Under the pieces are notes generated by a model that was given only the letters and a program-made list of their open reading frames with translations, had not been told where the DNA came from and made no database searches. From the sequence record NC_016571.1: 64,000 nucleotides of DNA. One strand, 5' to 3'. Shown here piece after piece: positions 1 through 11,000 of the stretch (position 1 is the stretch's first letter; the number at the start of each line of letters is the position of its first letter). Made by a program: the position numbers and the translations under genes.

Positions 1-165
1 AACCCTGGCGCTGGTTGCACAACCGCCTACTTCGTACCTCGTTACTACGGCCCTGGTGCAGATGCTCCAGATATTTATAACTTTAACCGTGATGCTCGTT
101 TACTGGTCGTGGTGGAGTTACTGATGTATGGGGGATATAAAACCCATGCTCTAGTCGTGAGATAG
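1..165 (+). CDS. 3' end of a gene entering from outside the window (possibly frameshifted near 100, true stop perhaps 140)
   Basis: Frame 1 is open from base 1 (NPGAGCTTAYFVPRYYGPGADAPDIYNFNRDAR...) to TAG at 163-165. Phage-like NNT/NNC codon endings move to frame 3 after position ~100. Confidence 0.45.
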   Translation, partial: NPGAGCTTAYFVPRYYGPGADAPDIYNFNRDARLLVVVELLMYGGYKTHALVVR

Positions 166-169
166 TATT

Positions 170-736
170 ATGAGTGTACGCATATTAGGGATTGACCCAG
201 GGATAAGTAACCTAGGTGCCGCAGGCTTTGAAGTCGACTGTTATGAGCGTAAGCCTTTCAAACTCATATATGCAGACACCCTTCAAGGCGATTACAATGA
301 TTTCGGTATATCCAAGACTAACCCATTGCAGATTAAAGCATTGGGGTTGACTCGGGCATACGGCACGGTATTTGAGATCGTTGAACCTCATGCAGTTAGC
401 TGTGAAGATAACTTCTTAGGTCCATCTCCCTCAAGTTTCAAACGACTCATTGAAATCGTTTCATTCATTCACCTGCATAATGCCAATACAGGAGATCGCG
501 TTGGTTTTATACAAGTGCTCCCCCGGTTAGCTAAACAGATCGTTAATGCTGACTTCAGAGGGACGACCAAGGATGATGTCACCAAAGGGTTAAAAGCTTG
601 TCCCTTCATTGATTTGAATGGGTTCGATCTCGACAAGTTAACAGAGCACGCCAACGATGCAATCCTCCTTGGCCTTTATAGCTGTGTTCAGTATTATAAA
701 GAATTAGGATGGGATGTCTTTGATGGAAAGAATTAA
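170..736 (+). CDS. ruvC: RuvC-like Holliday junction resolvase
   Basis: N-terminal RILGIDPG motif, VSCED acidic motif, P+xAK(Q)IV..G..TKDDV segment and C-terminal EHANDAI..G, all typical of RuvC. Confidence 0.88.
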   Translation: MSVRILGIDPGISNLGAAGFEVDCYERKPFKLIYADTLQGDYNDFGISKTNPLQIKALGLTRAYGTVFEIVEPHAVSCEDNFLGPSPSSFKRLIEIVSFIHLHNANTGDRVGFIQVLPRLAKQIVNADFRGTTKDDVTKGLKACPFIDLNGFDLDKLTEHANDAILLGLYSCVQYYKELGWDVFDGKN

Positions 737-1373
737 AACTCTGACCGCTGAGACCCGTATACATCCGTGGGACAGAATCCCGATCGTGTTAAAAGCGATA
801 TCGGGGTTCAACTCATGCTTGACTGTATCAGTCACCAGCGCAATCTTTATCTGGGGTATCCATCAGTCAGTTACTACTGGTGTTGGAACGTGGCCAGGAA
901 TAGCCACCGCCCTGTTAATGATGATAGGTCCGATTATCATCGCATGGAACTTCGTAAACGCGAAATCCATTATAACTACAATTCTGACTCAAGATCCAGA
1001 TGGTGCTGAAGGGGACACTATCCCTAAGCAAGTTGTTGTACCCTCAGCTACTCCAATCATCACGGAGTCTGACATAGCAGTAGAACGTGAGATAGTTGGT
1101 CCTACTACAGTTATCCTACGCGCTATCGCTGGTGCATTCTCAACTCACATCATCTGCTTCTGTAGTCTGTTGTTTACTTGGACTATCCATGATGCCATGA
1201 TCAGCGGGAAACACCTTCCAAGCAACACTGAGCTGTTTATGGTTGTAGTTGGTCCGATTGTAACGTCATGGAACTTCGTACGCGCTAGCGCTACCCTGAG
1301 CACTGTAATGCAGGGTACGTCTGCTATATCGAAATGGCGTAACAAGTTATCTGGTTGGATAGCAACAAAATAA
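714..1373 (+). CDS. Integral membrane protein with internal duplication; holin candidate
   Basis: Two ~60-aa hydrophobic halves, each ending GPI...WNFV, joined by an acidic/Pro linker. Lies opposite the spanin pair. Confidence 0.55.
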   Translation: MSLMERIKTLTAETRIHPWDRIPIVLKAISGFNSCLTVSVTSAIFIWGIHQSVTTGVGTWPGIATALLMMIGPIIIAWNFVNAKSIITTILTQDPDGAEGDTIPKQVVVPSATPIITESDIAVEREIVGPTTVILRAIAGAFSTHIICFCSLLFTWTIHDAMISGKHLPSNTELFMVVVGPIVTSWNFVRASATLSTVMQGTSAISKWRNKLSGWIATK

Positions 1374-1384
1374 ACAAACATATC

Positions 1385-1414
1385 CCTCTACCCCTCCGTA
1401 AGGAAGGGTAGAGG
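1385..1414. terminator. Hairpin between convergent genes (probable bidirectional terminator)
   Basis: CCTCTACCC-cTCC gtaa GGAa-GGGTAGAGG, flanked by ACATA (1378) and TTATG (1415). Confidence 0.7.
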
Positions 1415-1428
1415 TTATGCATGCACAA

Positions 1429-1902
1429 TTACTTTTTGATACTAATGCCTGGAGGTTTGTTATCCTGAAGATTATCAATAACAGAATTGATATTCCCAGT
1501 CATTCTATCCAAAGCTTGATTCAGTCCGTTGATTTGGTCATTGGCAGCATCCAGCTCCTTGGTAGTAGCAATCAACAAGAGTCTGGTTTCTAGGTAACAA
1601 CCTTTGAAATCATCCTGAGTTAAACAGAAGTTGTTACCAAGGTAGTAATCCAACTTACCTATGTTGCTTTCCCGGTACTTCCAGTCCTTACTATAAACGT
1701 TAGCAGGGACATCAGTGAGACTATTTTTTAGGCTGGCTAGCTGGGTTCGGTACAGGTCCAGTTTTGCTAGCTCGGTTTTCATCTCTACGTACGTCCCGCC
1801 CTCCGTTATCTTCGGTTGGCTGTTGCACGCGACGAGCATAAATGTCAGCAATAGTAAGATTAGAGTTTTTGTCATACCCATACTTACCGTAAAGATCTTC
1901 AT
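1429..1902 (-). CDS. Outer-membrane lipoprotein spanin (o-spanin, Rz1-like)
   Basis: Hydrophobic stretch plus lipobox LVAC, then helical/coiled-coil segments. Its 5' end overlaps the i-spanin in another frame. Start is ATG 1902, or 1881/1875; the longer track ORF begins upstream and is unlikely. Confidence 0.75.
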   Translation of the reverse strand: MKIFTVSMGMTKTLILLLLTFMLVACNSQPKITEGGTYVEMKTELAKLDLYRTQLASLKNSLTDVPANVYSKDWKYRESNIGKLDYYLGNNFCLTQDDFKGCYLETRLLLIATTKELDAANDQINGLNQALDRMTGNINSVIDNLQDNKPPGISIKK

Positions 1903-2161
1903 AATCGGCTTCTCGTTTCTGTTGGTTCTGTTGAGTCGCGTTCTGTAAATTAGCAGCCCACTCTCGTTGATCCGCAGCAACCTTACCAATGTTCTCCGAA
2001 GCAGCACTAATCCGATCTACAGCAACGGACAGTTTCTCAACGGTGTCTTTGTTAAGAGTGTTGTCGGGTTTAAAGAATAACCAGCCAGCAAGCAACAGAA
2101 GTAACAGCCACATGGCTATTGTCTGGAGTCCGGCAATTCGTACTTTCCATTTGTCATCCAT
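1721..2161 (-). CDS. Inner-membrane spanin (i-spanin, Rz-like)
   Basis: Single N-terminal TM (IAMWLLLLLLAGWLFF) followed by an Ala/Gln-rich coiled coil; overlaps the lipoprotein gene. Confidence 0.72.
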   Translation of the reverse strand: MDDKWKVRIAGLQTIAMWLLLLLLAGWLFFKPDNTLNKDTVEKLSVAVDRISAASENIGKVAADQREWAANLQNATQQNQQKREADYEDLYGKYGYDKNSNLTIADIYARRVQQPTEDNGGRDVRRDENRASKTGPVPNPASQPKK

Positions 2162-2162
2162 A

Positions 2163-3389
2163 CTAAGCCTTCCTAAGTTCTACACCATGAATCTTAAACG
2201 TGTATCCCCTTTGCAGTCTACCAACATTACCAGGGTTAGTTGCATCATTCAAGATGATCTGTCCACCCTTGGTCCCGTCAGTCATGAAAGGATAGAAACG
2301 ATAGATTCGTAGGTCATGGTTAATCAGACGTTGCTTGATCCCGTAAGATTTCAAATAGGGAACAGGGAACATCCCGTTTTCCAGCAACACCGGATGTTGG
2401 AAACGATCCTCGGTGTGCAGGACATTTGGATAGCGGAAGGTAGTTAATGGAACTACATCCACCCCCAAACTTGGGTTGTCAATAAGTACGATGAAACTAT
2501 TGTGAGAGAGCAAAGCTTCTTTCTTATAGTTATCAAACTTAGTGAGATTAGTCAACTTAGGAGTTCTGGTGTAATGACGATAGTTAAGGAAGTGATGACA
2601 TACGTCAAAGGCCGTCAGATCAATCGTAAGACGATCATCGGCAGTACGTGATACAATCTCCGGGTCTACGAGTAACTGCCCGTTAACAACGACGTACGCT
2701 GTCTTAGAGGAGATGTTCTCATCTAACTTGTATTCCCATAACTTACCAGATGTGGTTTCCGTTTCAATAAGTTTATCTTTATCAAAAGGAATGGTTTTAA
2801 CCTTGCCCAGTTTCTGGAAGTTCAGAGCCCCGATTCTGATATCGTTACGATTAGCGATATAGTCGGTACCAGCACCTAACAGATAAACGCCATCACTTCT
2901 GCCAACAGAACGAACGAACACACCGTTAACAGTAAACAGTGAATAATCATTAATTTTGTTATAGTCGATATTTTGATAGCGATAATGAGAAACACGGATA
3001 TCTGGAGCCGAGTCCGCAAGCAGAGCGTCTTGCCTATCTTTTGCAAGGTTTAGATCTGCTGGATAATGGAAATAACCATAGGTGAAAATACGCTCGAGTT
3101 TGACATAGCTGTATTTATCACCCGGTGTTATGTCGGACGGCTTAAGGTTATTTCCGTTCTGAGTTTGCAACCACTGTTCAATATCGTACTGTGGGACTTC
3201 AGCGAATTCAAGTCTGTAATCTTCGAGTGAGATTGTGACATCCGAATTAAACATTTCATCACGAACTGTTATATAAAGGATATCAAACATCTTCTCAAGA
3301 TCAGCAACACTATAACCTTTGATATCCACAGGGTGGTATCCAGGTCTGTAGTTCTTGTATCGCCCCGTTGAGTATTTGTATGTGTACAT
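2163..3389 (-). CDS. Hypothetical protein, probably virion structural (phiKZ-like)
   Basis: About 408-aa ORF. ATG 3389 has an AAAAGG SD; the track start at 3455 is TTG. Sits next to the tail module. Confidence 0.6.
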   Translation of the reverse strand: MYTYKYSTGRYKNYRPGYHPVDIKGYSVADLEKMFDILYITVRDEMFNSDVTISLEDYRLEFAEVPQYDIEQWLQTQNGNNLKPSDITPGDKYSYVKLERIFTYGYFHYPADLNLAKDRQDALLADSAPDIRVSHYRYQNIDYNKINDYSLFTVNGVFVRSVGRSDGVYLLGAGTDYIANRNDIRIGALNFQKLGKVKTIPFDKDKLIETETTSGKLWEYKLDENISSKTAYVVVNGQLLVDPEIVSRTADDRLTIDLTAFDVCHHFLNYRHYTRTPKLTNLTKFDNYKKEALLSHNSFIVLIDNPSLGVDVVPLTTFRYPNVLHTEDRFQHPVLLENGMFPVPYLKSYGIKQRLINHDLRIYRFYPFMTDGTKGGQIILNDATNPGNVGRLQRGYTFKIHGVELRKA

Positions 3390-3456
3390 ATAACAAAACC
3401 TTTTCAGAGGAATATAATTGATGCCAAATGATTCAAGATTGAAGGTATCTGGCAAA

Positions 3457-4185
3457 ATGACTTATCCTTGGAACCCGTTCCAAGATGTACCCGGTGGTCA
3501 TGTTGATCCAGAACCAGCTCACGTCCAGGGTGGCTCAGATGGTGTTATTATCGTACCTCGTGCTGGTCCATTCTTCTCTCGTGATTTTAAAATCAAGTTA
3601 GCTGACTCCGGTCGTGAACTTAAAATGGAAGCAGGTGAATATGGGTTCTTATTCCCATTCGGCGCATTCATTCAAAAGTACAACCGTTTAGCTTACGGTG
3701 CATTGCACGTTAAAGGTGTAACAGGTCCTACTGACTTCATCATTGAGTACGACACCATCGGTGGTGATTTTGTACTGGATGACATAGCTTATGCACAGGC
3801 TGTAGCTAACACCTTAACAGCACCACGTACGATTGACTGGTCTCAGTTGACTAACCTGCCTTCGGTATGGCCTTCTGACCCACACGAACAACCAGCATCA
3901 GATACCATGAACTATGGTGACTTGATTGTCTGGATGAAGTCTTATCTGGATGCTATTACAGCCACCGATATGAACTTCAACTTTAAGACTGCATTTGAGG
4001 CACACGTTAAAGAAGGTCTTCAGAAAGCCCACAAAGGTAAACTGGAAGATCTGGGTATTAACAACCTTAAAGACTGGCCAATGGCTACTGATGACGATAT
4101 TCAAGGTGACTCTACCGAAATCATCGTCAACATGCATGTCTTGAAAGAAGCTATCCGTGGATTTGCTCGTGGTGACTGGCGCTAA
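3457..4185 (+). CDS. Baseplate/tail-fibre anchor protein (short paralog of the fibre N-terminal domain)
   Basis: ATG 3457 with GAAGGT SD. IIVPRAGPFF and WSQLTNLPSVWPSDPH motifs match the N-termini of the two following genes. Confidence 0.65.
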   Translation: MTYPWNPFQDVPGGHVDPEPAHVQGGSDGVIIVPRAGPFFSRDFKIKLADSGRELKMEAGEYGFLFPFGAFIQKYNRLAYGALHVKGVTGPTDFIIEYDTIGGDFVLDDIAYAQAVANTLTAPRTIDWSQLTNLPSVWPSDPHEQPASDTMNYGDLIVWMKSYLDAITATDMNFNFKTAFEAHVKEGLQKAHKGKLEDLGINNLKDWPMATDDDIQGDSTEIIVNMHVLKEAIRGFARGDWR

Positions 4186-4195
4186 ATCATAAACT

Positions 4196-4225
4196 CTTAA
4201 CCGGAATCTTCGGGTTCCGGTTAAG
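4196..4225 (+). promoter_or_regulatory. Intercistronic c(UUCG)g hairpin
   Basis: CTTAACCGGAATC ttcg GGTTCCGGTTAAG, 13-bp stem, no U-tract. Confidence 0.6.
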
Positions 4226-4243
4226 TAACTCAAGGTTACTCTA

Positions 4244-7200
4244 ATGATCAAAGAAGATATTCCTCTTTATAAGTTAGACCTTACAGGTACTGACAAGTAT
4301 AACAGAGTTGACCACGAATATGGATACCGAAGAGAAGTAAAGAACAACAACATCGTAATCCCTCCTAAAGGTCCTTTCTACCAGAAGTCATTTAAGATGT
4401 ATGGTAAAGATGGTCAACCTTTAACTATGGATAAGGATTGGGAGTTCTACGGGATCATGGGTAAGTTAACCCAGTTCACCGGTAAACCCGTTGGCCTCTT
4501 TATTCGTATCCTTGATGACTCAATTACCGAATGGTATTGGGATTATCAAGTAGTGGGTAACTTTAATAAGATCACCAATGAAATCCTCAATATGCTTCAC
4601 AGCATTTATGAAGATGACCGTTTTGTTCATTGGGATAATATCGAAAACAAACCACTGTGGTTCATTCCTGAAATCCACCAACATGATCTTGCTTATGAGA
4701 TCTACGGATTTACTGACCTGGTTAAAGAACTGAGTCGTATTTCCGAAATGGAAGTGACGATGTTGCGTGCTGACGCAATCATCATTAAACAGTTGCAGGA
4801 TAACCTGGACTATTACATCGAAGGCTTCAAGAAGGTACTCAAAGATCTGATTGACAGTCACGATCGTAATAAGAAAGATGCTCACGGTGTACGTAAACAA
4901 CACATCGGTCTTGACCTGGTCGATAACTTCGCTACAGCGACTCTAGAGGAAACTCTGGACGGGTTACGTGATGATCTTCACATTACCCCTTATAACGCTG
5001 CACGTGCCGCAGAAGCTGCCGCAGGTCGAAATGAGCGACTGTTCCCATCAGGTTCTTTACCTATCCTGCGTTATGGGTCTGATACATTTATACCTCCAAC
5101 TATCATGGGTAGCTTTGAAGGTTTAGGTGGGATAACCTCACGTTGTGGCGCCATTGTTGAAAACGACGGTACATTGCTTATTCTTAAGCACCGTAACAAT
5201 GGTAAAATCCGTGGCCTGTATTTCACACGCTGTTCTAACTGGCAATCGGGCACTCCTAACTATGAGTTTACCTCTTATGTCTATCAGCACCCAACTGCCA
5301 CGGCAGCAGGTGCAGTATTAGATAGCATCATCGGTGGGTCTAACCAATATGTGATGGTTGTGGGTGACTCTAAGAAGAACCTGTGGTGGTGGGCAGAAAC
5401 TCACGGTACCTTTAACCCAGATGCACACGTCTTGATTCCATTCACAGGACAGTGGACGTCGGCTGATATGGATCCGGCAGCTAACACCCCTGCTGACATT
5501 TATAACTATCAAGGTTTGGCTTCTGTTTGTGCTGACGCTAACTATAAAGAACGTTGGTGTATTGTTCAAGGTTACCCGCTGAATAAAATCTGTGAACGTT
5601 TCCGTCAAGGTGTCATTCCCGATTACGATACGTTAGGAACTTTGGCTTGGGGCGGCGGTGCTGTTATCAATGGTGGGTTCAGTATCAACGTTGTCACCGG
5701 TAATACCATTCAACGCGTCCCTATTGATTACACCCATCCGGTATTTGGTAAGTTCAATGATAACTTCTGGACTCCACATTGGCCAGAAATAGTCGTTGAG
5801 GGTAATGTAAGAAAGATTAAATCTTATTACGCGAATTACCAACCCATGGCAAGATCCGTCCAGACGTATAACTCACCTCGTGCTTTCTGGGGTAAATTGA
5901 GCGGGTCTGGTTATGGTCTTCGAATTGATGCGTATTCCCGTGAATTTACTTTTAGTGGGGTGAACGTCGGCAGGGTAATGTCGATGAAAGCCAAAGTCGA
6001 GTTCGTGGATGTTAACGGTACTTTGACAGCTAAAATTACATCTGTTCCAGGTCAGGATAAGTTATGGACGATTAACCCTGAGGATACCACGGCGACACAA
6101 CTTGAGTGGATTGATTATATCAAGAACTGCACCACCCAGCTTCAATATGTTTCTCAAGATCAGACAGGTCTTGTTCAAATTGGTAGTGGGGTTGGATTTG
6201 GATTGTCAGGTACTGGTAACGTTTCATTCCCTCCAGCATACTCGGCCTTTAAAGCCAGGTTTATGGAATCGGGCGATGACCTCCTGACCCAGGATTATGA
6301 TTCAGCCAACATTACTTACTTCCATCGTTCGTATCGTGAAAACGAACTTAACCCTATAGGTATGGGTTCAATGTTTGCCTCTCAACGTTTCATCGTTGGA
6401 GACTACAAAAACCCAATGACCGCAGGGATAATGGTTCGCCAGTTGAAAGTTGGTAATAACCGACCTGATGGGTATCTGGAATGGTTCTATCGTCCAGTCA
6501 ACTACATGAACACCAACTATGACCACGTCCCGCCTACTCAAGTGTCGACCTTCAACGGCAATGCGATGAAGCACTACCCATTTGTTTCTGATGGGGGGAT
6601 TGTTCAGGGCCTTGGGTTCCAAATGCCGTTGATGATGCAACTTCCTACACCCGGTGCCCCGATTACCAGAAATCAGGAATTACTCAAGTATATCTGTGGA
6701 GCCAGTTCCGGTAGTCGGTTAATGGGCATCACTGATTACAATGAACTTCCAGCAGGCTATCCGGCTGTTCCCATGACGGACTATAAGTTGGTGTGGGAGA
6801 TCACGTCAACCATGTCTGGTAAGTCACCAGTATTCAGCCCGGTTAGTGTGGTCGACATCAGATCACTCATTGGCGCAAATGGATCAGTAGCCAATATGTT
6901 TAAAGCAGCTGGTTACACTCAAGCTGAAATAGACATGACCTGGGTTATGGTCAGAGTTATCAGTCCATCTGGTCAAATGCACGCCATCTGGAAAGTATTC
7001 CGTGTCAAAGCAGATACGATGGAAATCGAATCAGGTGTGTTGGTTACTACCCTAACTGTATCGGGATATACCGCTCCAGCTCCTGGCGTCGTCTATGGGA
7101 CGTATTCTGGTGTTGCAGCAACTCAGCTCTCGCAGGTTCATAAAACCATCAGCGAAGCAAATGCTGTCGGTGTGATTTACACCCTGCCTAAATATGACAG

Positions 7201-7984
7201 GGCCGTGGGTAACACTCCGGGCTATGGTTGGTGTGTGCCGTTCAAGAAACGTCAAACTCCTATCGATGCAGATACTTATACTGTACAGATCGTTCCCGAT
7301 TGTCGTTGGCAGTCGCCAGGTGGACAGACCATGTCACCTAGTACCGTTGAGATTTCTGCCGATGGTCGTACCATCCTTAACCATACCCGTGTCAACACAC
7401 CTGAATGGGGTGCTGATAGCGGTGATACACCAATGCCTTATTACGGTCGTGGTTACGCTGGTCAAGGTCAAAACATTTTCGAAGGGGCAGCAATATCGTG
7501 TTCTGTTAACAGTTACACGACTAACGTGTTCCAAGAAATCTTCCGTGGTCAGTATGAATCACAAATGGTAGTGGGAATGAGTAACATCCTTATCCCGCAA
7601 TATACCATTTATTTCAGTGAGATGAGGAATATCCTACTAGCTGGTAAAATGTATGATATCCCTGCGACATATATCGATTTGTTGGTTCAGGATCCAGCTC
7701 CTCAGAATAAGACGTATTACGTTTACCTTACTTATTCTGGTGGTAAAGCTGAGTACTCTACTTCAACAGAGATTAGACCAGAAACAGCCGCGCAATCTAT
7801 GATTGCTAAAGTTCTTTGTGGACCTACTCAGATCGATAACATTCTCCCGTATAACCGATTCTCTATGGATGGTGCTTCGATTAGTGCAGTCCGTCAGGGT
7901 TCGAGCATTCTTGCTTCCTCTGGCTCATTGTACGAAATTGGTAACACAGATAACATCTTGCTTGATAGTGATTTTATCCCGTAA
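4244..7984 (+). CDS. Tail fibre / baseplate-associated virion protein (phiKZ gp131-like family)
   Basis: 1246 aa with the fibre motif DAHGVRKQHIGLDLVDNFATAT, a PPTIMGSFEGLGG block and a C-terminal IDL..DPAPQNKTYYVYL domain. Confidence 0.7.
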   Translation: MIKEDIPLYKLDLTGTDKYNRVDHEYGYRREVKNNNIVIPPKGPFYQKSFKMYGKDGQPLTMDKDWEFYGIMGKLTQFTGKPVGLFIRILDDSITEWYWDYQVVGNFNKITNEILNMLHSIYEDDRFVHWDNIENKPLWFIPEIHQHDLAYEIYGFTDLVKELSRISEMEVTMLRADAIIIKQLQDNLDYYIEGFKKVLKDLIDSHDRNKKDAHGVRKQHIGLDLVDNFATATLEETLDGLRDDLHITPYNAARAAEAAAGRNERLFPSGSLPILRYGSDTFIPPTIMGSFEGLGGITSRCGAIVENDGTLLILKHRNNGKIRGLYFTRCSNWQSGTPNYEFTSYVYQHPTATAAGAVLDSIIGGSNQYVMVVGDSKKNLWWWAETHGTFNPDAHVLIPFTGQWTSADMDPAANTPADIYNYQGLASVCADANYKERWCIVQGYPLNKICERFRQGVIPDYDTLGTLAWGGGAVINGGFSINVVTGNTIQRVPIDYTHPVFGKFNDNFWTPHWPEIVVEGNVRKIKSYYANYQPMARSVQTYNSPRAFWGKLSGSGYGLRIDAYSREFTFSGVNVGRVMSMKAKVEFVDVNGTLTAKITSVPGQDKLWTINPEDTTATQLEWIDYIKNCTTQLQYVSQDQTGLVQIGSGVGFGLSGTGNVSFPPAYSAFKARFMESGDDLLTQDYDSANITYFHRSYRENELNPIGMGSMFASQRFIVGDYKNPMTAGIMVRQLKVGNNRPDGYLEWFYRPVNYMNTNYDHVPPTQVSTFNGNAMKHYPFVSDGGIVQGLGFQMPLMMQLPTPGAPITRNQELLKYICGASSGSRLMGITDYNELPAGYPAVPMTDYKLVWEITSTMSGKSPVFSPVSVVDIRSLIGANGSVANMFKAAGYTQAEIDMTWVMVRVISPSGQMHAIWKVFRVKADTMEIESGVLVTTLTVSGYTAPAPGVVYGTYSGVAATQLSQVHKTISEANAVGVIYTLPKYDRAVGNTPGYGWCVPFKKRQTPIDADTYTVQIVPDCRWQSPGGQTMSPSTVEISADGRTILNHTRVNTPEWGADSGDTPMPYYGRGYAGQGQNIFEGAAISCSVNSYTTNVFQEIFRGQYESQMVVGMSNILIPQYTIYFSEMRNILLAGKMYDIPATYIDLLVQDPAPQNKTYYVYLTYSGGKAEYSTSTEIRPETAAQSMIAKVLCGPTQIDNILPYNRFSMDGASISAVRQGSSILASSGSLYEIGNTDNILLDSDFIP

Positions 7985-7994
7985 TAACTAAACA

Positions 7995-8032
7995 AAACTA
8001 GTGGGGCGATCTTTTGATCGTTCCATTAGTTT
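7995..8032 (+). promoter_or_regulatory. Intercistronic hairpin
   Basis: AAACTAGTGGGGCGATC tttt GATCGTTCCATTAGTTT, 17 bp with three G-U pairs on the + strand. Confidence 0.6.
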
Positions 8033-8047
8033 ATTATCGAGGTTTAG

Positions 8048-11000
8048 ATGAAAGATATTGAAATTATCGACATCGACTATTCTGCCACGGACCCTCTTTA
8101 TAAGAAAGAGGATGATGTTGAAATCGCAAAAATCTCTGGGCCTTTTATAGTGCCTGAAGAAGGCCCTATTTATCAAGACTCCGTAAGGGTCATCGGGAAT
8201 AGCGGTTTAGATTTAATCCCTGGTACGGATTTCGAATGTGTCGAACCAGTAACTGACTTAACCCAAGTCACTGGCAAAGCTGTACACTTATATGTAGAGC
8301 TGAAAGACCATATCGTTGCTTCTGGTGGTAAAGTTAAACTGATCTACCAGCGTGTCGGTAAGCCGGTTATTTCAGTTAAGACACTTCTGAAGATGTTGGA
8401 AGAAATGGTAATTGAAGGGAAATCCATTGACTGGGAAACACAGGTCACTGGTAAACCTTTAACATATCCTCCAGCGTGGCACAGTCACGATATTCAGAAC
8501 AGTAAAGAGCTGGTAGGTTTTGGTGGTTTGGTAGAGCTATTCTCTCGTCTCACTTGGGAACATAAAGAGAGTGGTGAAAAGATGAAGGAACTCATCGAAG
8601 AACTCCAGACCAAAGTGTACGACCGCCTTAACTACATTCAAAAACTGAAGTGGGGTGCCATCATGGCCCACATCAGAAACTATAAAAACCCACACGGTGT
8701 TGTTCCAGCTAACGTTGATGCAGGTAACATTGCTAACAACGCAACTGCAACTCCACAGCAGGATTTGGAAGGTACTCGTACCGACCTATACTCAACGCCT
8801 AAAGGTTTCCGTCAGGCAATTGAGAACGCTGAACCGGTATCTGAAGAATACATCGCTCAGAACGAATTACCATTTGGTTATTATGGTTCTGGGATTTACC
8901 TCCCTCCTCCAATCACAGGTTCGTTTGAAGGTCTGGGTGGTGACGTAGAAAACTCAGCATTCTGTTTGGAAGGTAACGGTTGGTTAGTTGGGTTAATCCG
9001 TGCTTACGATGGTCGTGTTAAAAACCTGTACTATGTTTACAACATGGACTTCAGAGACACTAACCAGACTCGTAGCCCTTGGCTGAACACCTACGCCAAA
9101 TATGATCACCCGGTAACTGGACCAGAACCCACGGATCCAAACGCGCCACCTAAAAAGAATATCAACTTTATTATATCGGGTTCTAACGACTCTGTTATAA
9201 TGGTAGGTTCTCAGGACTCAGGCACCGGCATGGTTGATAATCCTGATAAGTGGTGGATTGGGGTTTCTAACTCAACGTTTGACCCAAACAGCCATACGTT
9301 GAAACCTTTGAACATGGCTGCTATTATGGCCGCTTGTCCTCAGAAGAATCTTACTCCAGGGCATACCACAGTTTCCCATGTAGGTGATTGGGTTTACTTA
9401 TTAGTGGGTCAGGACTCTTTCGAAGGTGACAGTTTAGCTCCGGGCACCGACTATCTTAATTCGCCATCTAACTATCAGGTAAGGATGTTTAGGGTCCCTT
9501 ATAAGGACTTGCTGGATACATCTAAGTTGACTATTAATTTTGTTCCGGTCAATGTAACCTTTGATAACGCGGATCGTCTTCATCGTACTAACCAGGTTGC
9601 TTTCTTCCCAGCCCAGATTAAACGCCCTACTGGCGGCGATCCATATGAAATCACGGGTACCGTTGTCAACTTCACAGCCAAGGTTAGAAACGCATACCTT
9701 AACCGTAAGCTTCAGTTCTTTATTGTTCCTAATCCCAACAATACGAGAATGGCCAAGATGAAAGTCTTGTGCATGCCTTATCAGATATATTACGATCCGG
9801 TACTTGAAGCGTCACGTGGTTTCCAAGCTAACGTCATGATGAGTTACGATTGGGATGTGGCTGCCAACACTATGTCTCTCGACAGTCATTGGATTAAACC
9901 TACCTACGACTCATTAACGGGAAATGTGGTTAACCCTACTCAGGTCCATAACGATTATATCGAAAGTGGTTACTGGGCATGGCACGCTTCTCGATTTGCG
10001 AACGTAGCTGGTTCCTGGGTTCCTGGTTTCGGATTTGTGTCAATGGGTTCTTCTCAGGCTGGTGTTCCTCCGTTTACCTTTGCTTTATCAAGGATAAACA
10101 GGGGCGATGATCCAGCTCAAGACTACGACCATTTCTCTAACTTGCCGATTAACTGGAGTGATAGCGCTGGGGTATTCAACAGCCGTCAGGCTATATTCAG
10201 GATGCGTTCTCCGTTTGGTGTTGCAGGTTTCCCTCGTCACTACAGTCAGTTGTATGCAATGACCGATGGAGTACGTCAATGGCCAATTGAGATATTCTCG
10301 GCTGAGAACGAGGACCAACGTCAACAAACCTTCTACCGTATAACTGAAGGCGGCGCTGATGATAACTATATCTACCGTGACTCATTGAAGTCCAAGTACA
10401 TCCCTACACAAATTAGAGGTCGTAAGACTAACTCTAGTTTTGGCGTGGTAAAAGGACTTAACTACAATGTGGGTTACGTTAACCGCCCTAGACGAGCTAA
10501 CGCCACATCCAGAGGTACTGGATTGATCAGTTGGAAACGACTAAAGGTCCATACTAATCCGGGCGCCCCTTATGAGTTTGGTCAAACAACCAACTATGAT
10601 GGTAATGTGGTAGCTTCAGTTCAAGAGCCGGACGGAAGTCTGTTGGTTAACCTTGATGTAGACTATACCCTGGATCCAGTTGCAAGAACCATATACTGTA
10701 AAGCAAATAAGCTTAAGCAGGTTCGTCTACCTCGTTCATTCTGGGTGGATATGGTCATGCAGGCGCTAGGATCTCATGCCAATGAGCTGATTGATATCGC
10801 CACTAGCTTCTTCATTAACAGAGAGCCTGGAAATAACGCAGATCAAGCTACATCAATGTGGCAGTGTACCTACCATGTTAAATCATCTCCTAGTCGTACA
10901 AGGATGATTATTGGCACCTTTACCTGGGATGTTGCCAGTACGGGTGGTGATGGGATTCGTGTACTGCGTCCAGTCGGGATGAGTTATCCATTTAACGCTA

